DNA of 64,000 nt, taken from positions 5,878 through 69,877 of the IMG/VR virus record IMGVR_UViG_3300033463_000099. The stretch is one strand, 5' to 3'. Source of the stretch: a virus. Its lineage: Duplodnaviria > Caudoviricetes. The notes under the pieces are model-generated. The model saw only the letters and a program-made list of their open reading frames with translations. It was not told the DNA's origin and searched no databases. A program made the position numbers and the translations under genes. Shown one piece after another: positions 9,544 to 18,277 of this stretch. Numbering within the stretch: position 1 is the first letter of the stretch; the number at the start of each line of letters is the position of its first letter.

Positions 9544-10204
9544 CTTTAAGCATCTGTTCGGCGGAATGTGCGGCGCGGTTGCGCTGCTGGCGCTCTACAT
9601 TCTCGCGTGGGGCGTGATTCAGCGTTGCCACGGCGCCACGATCAAGCAGGTTGCGCCTGATGGCGTGAACGAGATTACCATAGAAGTGGACGAAAACGGC
9701 TACGTGCAGAGCGAAAGAATGACATGCGTCCATGTCCCCGAACGGTATATCCCGCAGAGCGGCGAACGCGTCATCATCGGCGACTTCGAGTACATCATGG
9801 TGTCTGTGGGCGACTGGACGCGGTGGACAAACGCCGTCGCTCGGCTTGAAATGGTTGCCAAGCGCAGGTGGGACAAGGAACATGCGACCGTTGACGGGCG
9901 GCGCTTCTGGCATGGGAACGCGACCAACCGCGTAGTGTCCACCGAAGAAAAGACGGTGACATGGTTCTACCCCGACGGCTACGAGTACGTGGAAAACATG
10001 CCCAAGAGCACCAGGAGCGGTCCGCCGAAGAGGATTCAGAAACCGACGAAAGCCGCTGCCCCTCGTCCGCCAATGCCGCCGACGGCCATGCCCTCTCGTC
10101 TTCGGGCGAAACGTGAGGCCATCAAGTCGCAGCCGGCGGCAAAGCAGGTCAACGCCACTTTCGGTCCGGGCGGCAAGGTAATCAACGTGGAGGAATCGAA
10201 ATGA
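9536..10204 (+). CDS. Signal-peptide/TM-anchored hypothetical protein
   Basis: N-terminal hydrophobic helix (GAVALLALYILAWGV), basic Pro-rich C-terminus, GGAGG-type RBS. Confidence 0.7.
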   Translation: MNDFKHLFGGMCGAVALLALYILAWGVIQRCHGATIKQVAPDGVNEITIEVDENGYVQSERMTCVHVPERYIPQSGERVIIGDFEYIMVSVGDWTRWTNAVARLEMVAKRRWDKEHATVDGRRFWHGNATNRVVSTEEKTVTWFYPDGYEYVENMPKSTRSGPPKRIQKPTKAAAPRPPMPPTAMPSRLRAKREAIKSQPAAKQVNATFGPGGKVINVEESK

Positions 10205-10809
10205 AGTTGCGTACCGTATATTGTGCGCTAATCGCGTTGTGTACCGTTTCGGCGCTTTCGTTGGACGCAAAGGGCCTGCTGCCGAGCATGGTGTACCGCT
10301 TTGGTCTGACGAACGAGCAGATCGACAAGATTCTTGAAAAGCATCCGGACGCGCAGTTGAGAATCACCGCACAGGACTGGCGCGCCATGAAGTATCAGCT
10401 TCACCGATTCGACTGCATGACGAACTACGTCAACATCATCGGTTCAACCCAGGATTGCGAGCGGGTTCTACTGCAACTGCACGACAGGGGCGAGACGCTT
10501 GCATCGTCGAACGCCGTCCTTGGCAAGCTGGTGAGGAATCTTAGGGCGTCTGCGGACGCGTGGGAAGCGAGCGCGAACGAGTGGTATGCGTATTCCACGA
10601 ACGCGCTGGCGGTTGCGGAGGATGCGACAAACAGGCTTGCGGTGGTGACGGCCGACTATATGAGCGCATCGAACAGGGCGGCACGGGCGGAAGCCCGGAC
10701 AAACGCGTTGATCGCGTGGGCGGAAGAGCAGAGAGACAAGGCCATTCTCTCCACAACAAAGGCCATTTGGCAACAGTTCATCGACCGGCTGAAACAGGAG
10801 GACAACTGA
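10201..10809 (+). CDS. Signal-peptide coiled-coil protein (possible i-spanin-like)
   Basis: MKLRTVYCALIALCTVSALS signal followed by a long Ala-rich helix; spanin role is inference. Confidence 0.6.
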   Translation: MKLRTVYCALIALCTVSALSLDAKGLLPSMVYRFGLTNEQIDKILEKHPDAQLRITAQDWRAMKYQLHRFDCMTNYVNIIGSTQDCERVLLQLHDRGETLASSNAVLGKLVRNLRASADAWEASANEWYAYSTNALAVAEDATNRLAVVTADYMSASNRAARAEARTNALIAWAEEQRDKAILSTTKAIWQQFIDRLKQEDN

Positions 10810-11189
10810 TGAAAGAGTTTTGGAGCAATGTTAAATTCTTCGGGCGCTGCGCCGTGATCGTCGTTCGCGATTTGTGGAAGCGGGCGTTTCCGCTTGTCGC
10901 TCTTTGCGTCTGTTGCGGGTGTGTGAACCTGTACACGCGCTGGCCGACTACGAGCGAGCAGATAACAATGGTGTACCAATGTTCGCGAGAGGCGGCGGGG
11001 CTTTCCGTGCTTGTCGCGTTCCCGCAGGCCATGAGCGACGGGCCGAGCCGTGGCTTCATGTGGGAAAATATCTTCACAATTCCGCTTGGCTGCCTGTGCA
11101 TGTGCGACGCGGCGGTGGAGGCTTGTGTTGACACGGTGTGCCTGCCGGTGGATTGGCCGCTTGCGGCGTCAAGGAGGGGTGGGAAGTGA
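10809..11189 (+). CDS. YceK/YidQ-like lipoprotein 1
   Basis: Lipobox-like VCCG/C; C-terminal DAAVEACVDTVCLPVDW matches the D...S...DT..LP.D signature. Confidence 0.55.
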   Translation: MKEFWSNVKFFGRCAVIVVRDLWKRAFPLVALCVCCGCVNLYTRWPTTSEQITMVYQCSREAAGLSVLVAFPQAMSDGPSRGFMWENIFTIPLGCLCMCDAAVEACVDTVCLPVDWPLAASRRGGK

Positions 11190-11554
11190 AGTGGCTTGTC
11201 ACAATATCTGCGTTGACGTTTCTGTGCGGGTGCCTCTCGGTCGTCCGCATCCCGCTGTGCGATGAGAGAGTTTCCGACGAGGGCGAGGTCACGAACCGCG
11301 TATGGCATTCGTTCTGCGATGATGTGCCGGGAATGCGCGTTTACCCTACCGTCAAGATGCGTTGTCGTGTGACGGCGGAGTGGTTGAAGCCGATACCGCC
11401 GGACGCCAAGGGCAAGCGACTTCGGCAGATGAGGATGTTCAAGCATTGGGGCTGGATTCCCCTTGGCGTGGTATGGATGACTGCGCCGTTTGACGCTGCA
11501 ATAGACACGGTGTTTCTTCCATGGGACCTGTATTGCAGGAAGGAGGCGAAGTAG
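11186..11554 (+). CDS. YceK/YidQ-like lipoprotein 2
   Basis: Lipobox FLCG/C; C-terminal TAPFDAAIDTVFLPWDL; GTGA overlap. Confidence 0.6.
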   Translation: MKWLVTISALTFLCGCLSVVRIPLCDERVSDEGEVTNRVWHSFCDDVPGMRVYPTVKMRCRVTAEWLKPIPPDAKGKRLRQMRMFKHWGWIPLGVVWMTAPFDAAIDTVFLPWDLYCRKEAK

Positions 11555-11555
11555 G

Positions 11556-11888
11556 ATGTGCATGAAGAATTCAGAAGAAGGATGCGTTCTCTCCAACCAA
11601 CAGAAGGAGCTTACCATCCGCGTCGAGAAGCTTGAGAAGCAGATGGTCGAAATGCAGACAATCCAGAAGCAGACGCGGAGCGAGCTACAGCAGGGATTCT
11701 CTGATCTCAAGACGCAGATGGAGCACATCTACCAGGAACGCGCGGAGTGGTCGAAATGGATGCGCGAAAACCTGCCGAAGGTCGGCAAGTGGCTTGGCAA
11801 GTGGTCGCTGATTCTCATCGGTGTCGCAATCGGCGTGAACAACATTCCGTCAATAATCAAGATGTGGGCGTCGTTTGGCGTGAAGTAA
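11556..11888 (+). CDS. Putative holin-like protein (coiled coil plus C-terminal TM, XhlA-type architecture)
   Basis: Heptad-like N-terminus followed by WSLILIGVAIGV. Confidence 0.45.
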   Translation: MCMKNSEEGCVLSNQQKELTIRVEKLEKQMVEMQTIQKQTRSELQQGFSDLKTQMEHIYQERAEWSKWMRENLPKVGKWLGKWSLILIGVAIGVNNIPSIIKMWASFGVK

Positions 11889-11937
11889 GGATTTCCGGCG
11901 GCGTGGTGCCGACGGCAAAACAAGGAGTAAACACAAA

Positions 11938-12276
11938 ATGAAATGGAGCAATATCAAGGCGTTGTGGTCGCTCGTCACCGACGGGTGGTCCGGCCTAATG
12001 AAGTACGTTCTGGGGTTTGTCAATGCGGCACTCCAGAAGCTTGACGGCGACAGGCTGAAAAAGGCATCGCAGATTGCGGTCAACGTGGCTGCGGTTGTCT
12101 CTACTGCTGTCGGCGTATTCGTTGACGAGAAGTACCGCGAAGCGGCCAACAAGACGGTTGACGCCTTGAAGGACCTCGCGCTCGCAATCGAGGACGGCGA
12201 ACTCTCCAGCGCCGAGATGAACGCCAACATCGAGGCCATCAACGTGTGCATCGACGCGTGGAAGGCGGTGAAGTGA
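11938..12276 (+). CDS. Hypothetical amphipathic protein
   Basis: 112 aa with AAGGAG RBS. Confidence 0.7.
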   Translation: MKWSNIKALWSLVTDGWSGLMKYVLGFVNAALQKLDGDRLKKASQIAVNVAAVVSTAVGVFVDEKYREAANKTVDALKDLALAIEDGELSSAEMNANIEAINVCIDAWKAVK

Positions 12277-12836
12277 TGGCCAGGAAGCCCACCAAGGAAA
12301 AGGTCAAGGAGAAGGCCAAGGCCGTGAAGGAGCGTGTCAAGAGCAAGGCCAAGCGCCTCGCGTCTTTCATCCTCCTGTTCGGTTTCGTGGCCGCGCTTGC
12401 CGGGTGCCAGACGCCCGGACAGGCGAGCCGTGGCACCTCCAACAACGAGGGCGACGTTGAGCCGACCGTCAAGACCGAGATCGGTGAGCGGGCGCAGAGC
12501 AACACCGTTTCCGTAACGATCAAGATCACGCACGGTGACGGCGCCATCGCGTCCGCCGACTCTTCGGGCAGCACCGAAAGCCAGACGCAGACGCCGACGT
12601 TCGACATCAGCCCCAAGACCGACCTGCGCTACAACGATGCGCTTTCCGCAGCGTCAACCACAAGCAAGGGAATCCTTGAGACGTTGACGACCGCCGGAGC
12701 CAACAAGGTATTGTCGCTCATGGCAGACAAGACCACAGGCACCGTCGAGGTCGAGAAGAAGGACGGCAGCACGGCAACCGTCAAGTGCGAGAACGGGCAA
12801 TGCTCGCTCTGCACGGACGGCTCCTGCACCCCGTAG
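12276..12836 (+). CDS. Lipoprotein with Cys-rich C-terminus (possible o-spanin-like)
   Basis: Long basic n-region, FILLFGFVAALAG/C lipobox, ends CENGQCSLCTDGSCTP. Confidence 0.65.
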   Translation: MARKPTKEKVKEKAKAVKERVKSKAKRLASFILLFGFVAALAGCQTPGQASRGTSNNEGDVEPTVKTEIGERAQSNTVSVTIKITHGDGAIASADSSGSTESQTQTPTFDISPKTDLRYNDALSAASTTSKGILETLTTAGANKVLSLMADKTTGTVEVEKKDGSTATVKCENGQCSLCTDGSCTP

Positions 12837-12844
12837 CACAATTA

Positions 12845-12880
12845 GCCCCCCGCCGGTTATGCTTGGCGCTGGCGGGGGGC
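12845..12880. terminator. GC-rich hairpin closing the envelope-protein block (weak terminator or stabiliser)
   Basis: GCCCCCCGCC...GGCGGGGGGC 10-bp perfect stem; only a weak U-tract follows. Confidence 0.45.
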
Positions 12881-12903
12881 ATCTTCACACAGATGGAGGA
12901 ACC

Positions 12904-13245
12904 ATGACAACGGCAGACATCATAACGCGCGTGCGGCGGCTTGTCCAGGACACGGACAGCGGGAACTACCACTGGACGGACGCCCAGCTCAAGAAGGACA
13001 TCCAGATGGCGGTAAGGGCTCTCCACAAGGAGCGTCCAGAGACCCGTTATGTTGGTGACGATCTTCTTGACTACGTTCTGCTGCCGGTGGACAACGCGGC
13101 TACAATCGACATCGACCCGCGTTTTGAAGATTGCCTCGCCTACTACTCCGCGTACATGGCCTACTCCGACGATTGCACCGACCCCGTGAGCAAGCAGCTC
13201 GCGGACGATTTCCTAGCCAAGTTCAAGACATTCGCGCAGATGTAA
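12904..13245 (+). CDS. Tail adaptor protein (DUF6682/P22 gp4-like)
   Basis: MTTADIITRVRRLVQD...YHWTDAQL...A..L...RP matches the adaptor N-terminal pattern. Confidence 0.65.
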   Translation: MTTADIITRVRRLVQDTDSGNYHWTDAQLKKDIQMAVRALHKERPETRYVGDDLLDYVLLPVDNAATIDIDPRFEDCLAYYSAYMAYSDDCTDPVSKQLADDFLAKFKTFAQM

Positions 13246-13246
13246 G

Positions 13247-14707
13247 ATGGACGAAGAGACCTACAGCAACGCTGCACAGGCGTCCGCGAACCAGCGGCTT
13301 GGCGGGAAGGAGATACGCTTCCCGTACAGCGGCCAGTCCAGCGTCATCGCGGCAAGCCGTCTCGGGAACTCCTACACTCCGGCGGCGGTGAATGTCATAC
13401 TTCGCACCCCGCACAACCTCGGCAAGTGCGGCGGCACGCGTCCTGGGCTAAAGGCGTTTGTCGGTACAGCGCCGTCCTCCCCTGCCCCTAGCCGTTGGCT
13501 GTGGCCGAGCGGCGAGCCGATCAAGTGGCCGGGCGGCGACGATGTTCTTTTCTCCGAAATAGGGTCCAAGGTCGTTATGCCGGACGGCGGGGTTCTGTTC
13601 GACCAGCATGAGACCTTCACCGTCAGCGCGGCGAAGGGCGACATTCCTGTGTCGCTCACGGCCTGCGCGTGGTATCGAGCCCGCATGGTGGTGGCGAGCG
13701 GCACGATGTGGTACGCAAGCCGCGTCGGTGAAATGGACGATTTCGACTACGGCTGCGACTATGCCGACGTGTCGCGCGCGGTTGCCGGCAACGTGGCCCT
13801 TGCCGGACGCGAAGGCGAGACGATCACGGCTCTCGCCGCAATCGCGGATTCCGCGCTCTACATCGCAACAAAGCGTTCGCTCTGGCGCGTGAACGGCGAC
13901 CCCACGCAGTCCATGTCGGTGGTGAGCGAGCATACCGGAATCATAAGCCGCCATGCGTGGTGCTGGGACGGCGTGCGCTTCTGGTTCATGAGCGACAAGG
14001 GCCTGTATGCCGCCGTAGTTGGCGAGCCGATAGTCAACATGACGCCGCACCTGGAGGACGTGGTGCGCGGCTGGCGTGAGGCGACGCTCATTTTCGATTC
14101 CGAGCGGAACGGCATTCACATCTTCGGCACGGACGGCGCGGGAGCTGCGACCGACTGGTTCTACGACATCGCGAACAAGGCCATGTGGAAGATGCAGTAC
14201 ACAGGCACCAAGCGGCCGACGGCTGGCGGGCTTGCGATGCTCGGCGGCATGAACCGCGTCGTGTTCCTCTGCGCGGACGGCGTATGGCGCTATTGGGACG
14301 AGGGACAGGCGACCGACGACGGTACGGACATCATCAGCGCGCTCGTCATGGGGCCTGTGACGCACACGACGGGGAACACGGAAAACGGCTTCCTCGCGGA
14401 ACTGGACTTCGAGATGGACACAAGCCTCACGCCGTCAACGGGCGTCAGCGTTTCCGGGTGCATCGGGAACACGACGAACGCGGCGATGAAGGATGCCGTC
14501 TTGCTCGTCGGCTGGGTGGCCGGCGGCGCATCGGGCACGAGCTCCTACGCGAAGTTCACGTATGGCGTGGCTTCCGGGTGGCAGAAGGTGGTGCGTCCGC
14601 GAATCCGGTGCAACTCCTTCGCCGCCGTGGTGTGGAGCTTGCGCGGAAGATGGGCGATTTCAAGGATTACGGCAGTCCACCGTGGATGCGGGAGGATAAG
14701 GAGGTAG
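13247..14707 (+). CDS. Tail nozzle/DNA stabilisation protein (P22 gp10-like beta-propeller)
   Basis: 486 aa, WYASRVGE..DFDYG and propeller-like repeats, follows the adaptor. Confidence 0.6.
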   Translation: MDEETYSNAAQASANQRLGGKEIRFPYSGQSSVIAASRLGNSYTPAAVNVILRTPHNLGKCGGTRPGLKAFVGTAPSSPAPSRWLWPSGEPIKWPGGDDVLFSEIGSKVVMPDGGVLFDQHETFTVSAAKGDIPVSLTACAWYRARMVVASGTMWYASRVGEMDDFDYGCDYADVSRAVAGNVALAGREGETITALAAIADSALYIATKRSLWRVNGDPTQSMSVVSEHTGIISRHAWCWDGVRFWFMSDKGLYAAVVGEPIVNMTPHLEDVVRGWREATLIFDSERNGIHIFGTDGAGAATDWFYDIANKAMWKMQYTGTKRPTAGGLAMLGGMNRVVFLCADGVWRYWDEGQATDDGTDIISALVMGPVTHTTGNTENGFLAELDFEMDTSLTPSTGVSVSGCIGNTTNAAMKDAVLLVGWVAGGASGTSSYAKFTYGVASGWQKVVRPRIRCNSFAAVVWSLRGRWAISRITAVHRGCGRIRR

Positions 14708-14708
14708 T

Positions 14709-17168
14709 ATGGCAGACATGACGATAGACGATGCTACGCAGGACACGAACGTGACGGGCGTGGAGAAGCTTCCCGCGTCCGATGGCGGCGCGGCCAAGAG
14801 CGTGAGCGTTTCGCAGATAAAGGATTTCGTCCTTGCGCAGATCGCCGCTATGTCGGCGGCAAACGCGGTGTCGATGGACGACGATTCTGTGTACATCCTT
14901 CGCGGCGGCGTGTTGACGAGGGCAACGGCTTCCGTCCTTGCGGCTGCCATGTTCAACGAGGCGTTCGGCAGGGCGGCGGTTGCGGCGCCCAACGGCAACG
15001 AGGTGTTCACGGTCAAGGATTCGTCGGCGCGGAAGACTCTCACGCTCGGCGCGATCAAGACGTGGCTCCAGTCCAACATGACCGTCACGCCCGACCTCAC
15101 GCTCTCGACCGCAAGCGTGGCTGGGACGCTCGGCGACAGCGACCTTGCCCTTGTGGTGCAGGCCGCAGCCGGAAAGAAGGTCACGCTTGCGACATTGAAG
15201 GACTACGTTCTCGGCAAGCTCGCCTCGTTCATCGGGGCTGCGACGGCGGCGCAGACGGTATCGACGAGCGATGTTCTCTTTCTGGCGCAGGGCGGCAACG
15301 TCCGCAAGATCACGGTCGAACAGCTCATGGCGGCGGCGGGCGGCGGCGATGTGATTGCGCCATCCTCGCAGACGCCCGGAAACATCCCCGCATGGGACGA
15401 TACCGCGAAGAAGCTGACGAACGGCTACGGCGTGGCAAGTTCGATCTCCGGCTCTCCTTCCGCCACGAAGATACCCACGGAGGCGGCAGTCGCAACCGCG
15501 CTTTCCAACGTGGGCGATGTGAAGAAAAGCGGAGCGCCGACCGCCGGCAAGCTCGTTGCATGGGATAACGGAGGGAATGCCACGAACGGTCCATCTGTGG
15601 TCACTTCCGTTGGCTCGACCGGCGCGGACACGAACGTGCCGACCGAAAAGGCCGTGCGCGACGCGATAAACGAAGCGGCCGGCGTTGGTGCTCCTGTTTC
15701 CCATACCGAGGGCAAAATCCCGACATGGGGCGCAGGTGACGCGCTAACGGACGGCGTTTCACTCAAGACTTCGATATCTGATACGGTTGCGGGGGCGTCC
15801 GATGAGGCCGTCCTGACGGAAAAAGCAGTCCGTGAGGCTCTAAACGAGCGGCCTGCGCTTCCATCGTCGCATAGCGAAAATGCGATTCCGACATGGGGCA
15901 GCGGTCCAGAGCTGAAACCCGGATTGGATGTCGTACCGTCCTCAACAGGGATTGCCAGCTCCGACAACGCAAGCGATGAGAAGATTCCCACGGAGAAAGC
16001 CGTGCGTGAGGCGTTGCCGGTTCCAGCTACGACTTCCACAGCAGGTCTCATGTCCGCTGCGGACAAGGCGAAGCTTGACAACATGGTTGACACGACCGCC
16101 GTGCAGGAGGTTGGTGACGGTGGGCTTACGGATGCAGACCAGATCACGATACTGCAAGGCGGTTCCACTTGGAAGAAAGCGCTTATCACGCGTCTTTGGA
16201 CGTGGATTATGGGTAAGTTGCCCACGTTCAAGATTGATGATCTGGCCGAGGGAGAGGATAATACCGACCTTGACACAAACGCTTCCAGACACGGCCTCTG
16301 TCCGAAACTGCCGAGCAGCGACGCGACGGATAAGTTCCTGCGCGGCGACGGCACGTTTGCGACACCAACTGGCTCTACAGACTTCACGGGCGATACCGGC
16401 ACCGGCGGTGCGCACGGCCTTGTGCCAGCCCCTGCCAGCGGCGACGCTTCGGCCAACAAGTTCCTCAACGCGAACGGACAATGGACAGTTCCGCCGTCAG
16501 CGGCGGGCGTTGATATTCCTGGTGCGACGGCAATCGACGCTGCTGCCGGGGCGGATGCGCTCTACTGCTACGACGACAGCGAGGGTGCATACCGCAAGAT
16601 GACGCTTGCGCAGGTTGCGGCGCTTGTCATGGGTACGAAACGGTACGACAATATTTTCATCCCTGCGGCGGCGATGGTGCCGAGCGATACGAACGGCGCG
16701 ATTGCCGGAGCGATCTCCTTCACGAACGTGAAACGCGACACGATGGCTTTCTCGAACACCACCGAGCAGGGCGCGGAGTTCTCCGCTGTCATGCCGGAAG
16801 ATTGGGACAAGGGAACCGTCCGCGCGAAGCTCCTTTGGACGGCGCACGACGCAACGAAGGCCGAGGCTGGCGAGATGGTCGCATGGAAGATCGGCGCGAT
16901 CTCGACGCCGGACGAGGGAGCGATAACGACCGCGCCGACCAACTACGCCACTGTCACGGACAACCTCTCGCAGGTGAACGAGCTTCACCGCACAGGCGCG
17001 ACCGGCCAGCTCTCGATGGACGGCTTGAAGGGTGACGGAAACCTGGTGCACTTCGTCGTGAAGCGCAACGTGTCCGCCGAAACCACAAACCCGATGGACA
17101 CCGAAGCCCTGCTTCTCGGCGTCTGGATTCAGTACGGTCGCACGGCCGTCACGGAGGAATGGTCGTAA
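14709..17168 (+). CDS. Tail fibre/spike protein with internal repeats
   Basis: 819 aa, A/T/S/G-rich, four PTE(K/A)AV(R/A).A repeats, AGLMSAADKAKLD fibre motif, beta-sandwich-like C-terminus. Confidence 0.65.
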   Translation: MADMTIDDATQDTNVTGVEKLPASDGGAAKSVSVSQIKDFVLAQIAAMSAANAVSMDDDSVYILRGGVLTRATASVLAAAMFNEAFGRAAVAAPNGNEVFTVKDSSARKTLTLGAIKTWLQSNMTVTPDLTLSTASVAGTLGDSDLALVVQAAAGKKVTLATLKDYVLGKLASFIGAATAAQTVSTSDVLFLAQGGNVRKITVEQLMAAAGGGDVIAPSSQTPGNIPAWDDTAKKLTNGYGVASSISGSPSATKIPTEAAVATALSNVGDVKKSGAPTAGKLVAWDNGGNATNGPSVVTSVGSTGADTNVPTEKAVRDAINEAAGVGAPVSHTEGKIPTWGAGDALTDGVSLKTSISDTVAGASDEAVLTEKAVREALNERPALPSSHSENAIPTWGSGPELKPGLDVVPSSTGIASSDNASDEKIPTEKAVREALPVPATTSTAGLMSAADKAKLDNMVDTTAVQEVGDGGLTDADQITILQGGSTWKKALITRLWTWIMGKLPTFKIDDLAEGEDNTDLDTNASRHGLCPKLPSSDATDKFLRGDGTFATPTGSTDFTGDTGTGGAHGLVPAPASGDASANKFLNANGQWTVPPSAAGVDIPGATAIDAAAGADALYCYDDSEGAYRKMTLAQVAALVMGTKRYDNIFIPAAAMVPSDTNGAIAGAISFTNVKRDTMAFSNTTEQGAEFSAVMPEDWDKGTVRAKLLWTAHDATKAEAGEMVAWKIGAISTPDEGAITTAPTNYATVTDNLSQVNELHRTGATGQLSMDGLKGDGNLVHFVVKRNVSAETTNPMDTEALLLGVWIQYGRTAVTEEWS

Positions 17169-18268
17169 TGGTGATATTCCCGTCCATACGCCGCAAGTAC
17201 ATGGTGAACCGCATCCCGAAGGGTGCGACGGTCGCCATGTCTGACTGCGTGGTGGCGCTTGCGTCGGATTCGGTTGTGTACACCGGCTCCGCGCGCACCG
17301 TCGTAGTGACGGTGGCATGGCAGGGCGCTACGCTCGCCGTGAACACGGACTACACGCTTTCGTGGTCGAACAACACGAACGTGGGGCCTGCCACCGTCAC
17401 AGTGACTGGCATGGGCCAGTTCTCTGGTAGCGTCACAAAAACTTTCCATATTGTGCCAGGTACGGGTGGTACGTGGGGCGACATCGACCTTGCGAACGCC
17501 ACGCTTCTCTCGACCACGAGCAGCGCTGGCTCCGGCAGCGACCATCCGTTTTGCCTGCGCGGAGGATATGTGTTCTCGGCCACGTCTGGCGGAAACGTCC
17601 ACAGATATTCCTACACGCAGGGCGAATGGACATTCACAGACGACAACCTTTCGACTACATCAAATGGGTATGCAAGTGGTTTTTGCGTTTCCCGCGACGG
17701 ATGCCATTCGTACATGTACATCGGGTACAGTGGGTATTACACGATCTACATGTACGACCATACGACGGCGTGGGACCTGTCGAACGCGACCGATCACTAC
17801 TACAACCACGGAATCTGCACGCCGTACACCATACCGAGCAAGAGCGGATGGTCCGATCACGTACATGGCGTTGACATCAGCGAAGACGGCAGGACCATGA
17901 TAACGCTCAAATCGAGCGGTTATCTCCATTCGCACAAGCTCAACACACCATTCGACGTTTCGTCCGCCAGGTCAGACGAGATGGTGCTAAAGGACCTTGA
18001 CGTACTGGCTGGCGTAAACTATTTTCGCGGCATGCAGGTAGCACCGGACGGCAAGCGCATGGTGACAATATCGGGAGACGGCATCCTGCGCATGTGGAAC
18101 ATCGCAATACCATGGGACGTGTCCACCGTGACTGGTGTGGCGTCGAGTTTCGACACCGGCCTCGGTAGCCTTACATTCCAGGGCGTAGGCATTACAGACG
18201 ATTGCACGCATCTCTTGCTCAAGACGAGCGGCTCGCCGACAATCAAGGTTTACCAGCTTGTGGCGTAA
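17168..18268 (+). CDS. Putative receptor-binding protein: Ig-like module plus beta-propeller
   Basis: DYTLSWSNNTNVGPATVTVTGMGQFSGSVTKTFHI Ig-like repeat, then repeated S.DG...Y and (T/I)P(W/F)D(L/V)S(T/N/S) blade motifs. Confidence 0.55.
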   Translation: MVIFPSIRRKYMVNRIPKGATVAMSDCVVALASDSVVYTGSARTVVVTVAWQGATLAVNTDYTLSWSNNTNVGPATVTVTGMGQFSGSVTKTFHIVPGTGGTWGDIDLANATLLSTTSSAGSGSDHPFCLRGGYVFSATSGGNVHRYSYTQGEWTFTDDNLSTTSNGYASGFCVSRDGCHSYMYIGYSGYYTIYMYDHTTAWDLSNATDHYYNHGICTPYTIPSKSGWSDHVHGVDISEDGRTMITLKSSGYLHSHKLNTPFDVSSARSDEMVLKDLDVLAGVNYFRGMQVAPDGKRMVTISGDGILRMWNIAIPWDVSTVTGVASSFDTGLGSLTFQGVGITDDCTHLLLKTSGSPTIKVYQLVA

Positions 18269-18277
18269 GGAGGCAGT

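Noticed and set aside
14709-18268. Diversity-generating retroelement acting on tail genes
   Set aside because: No reverse transcriptase (no YxDD ORF) and no TR/VR near-duplicate seen anywhere in the window.
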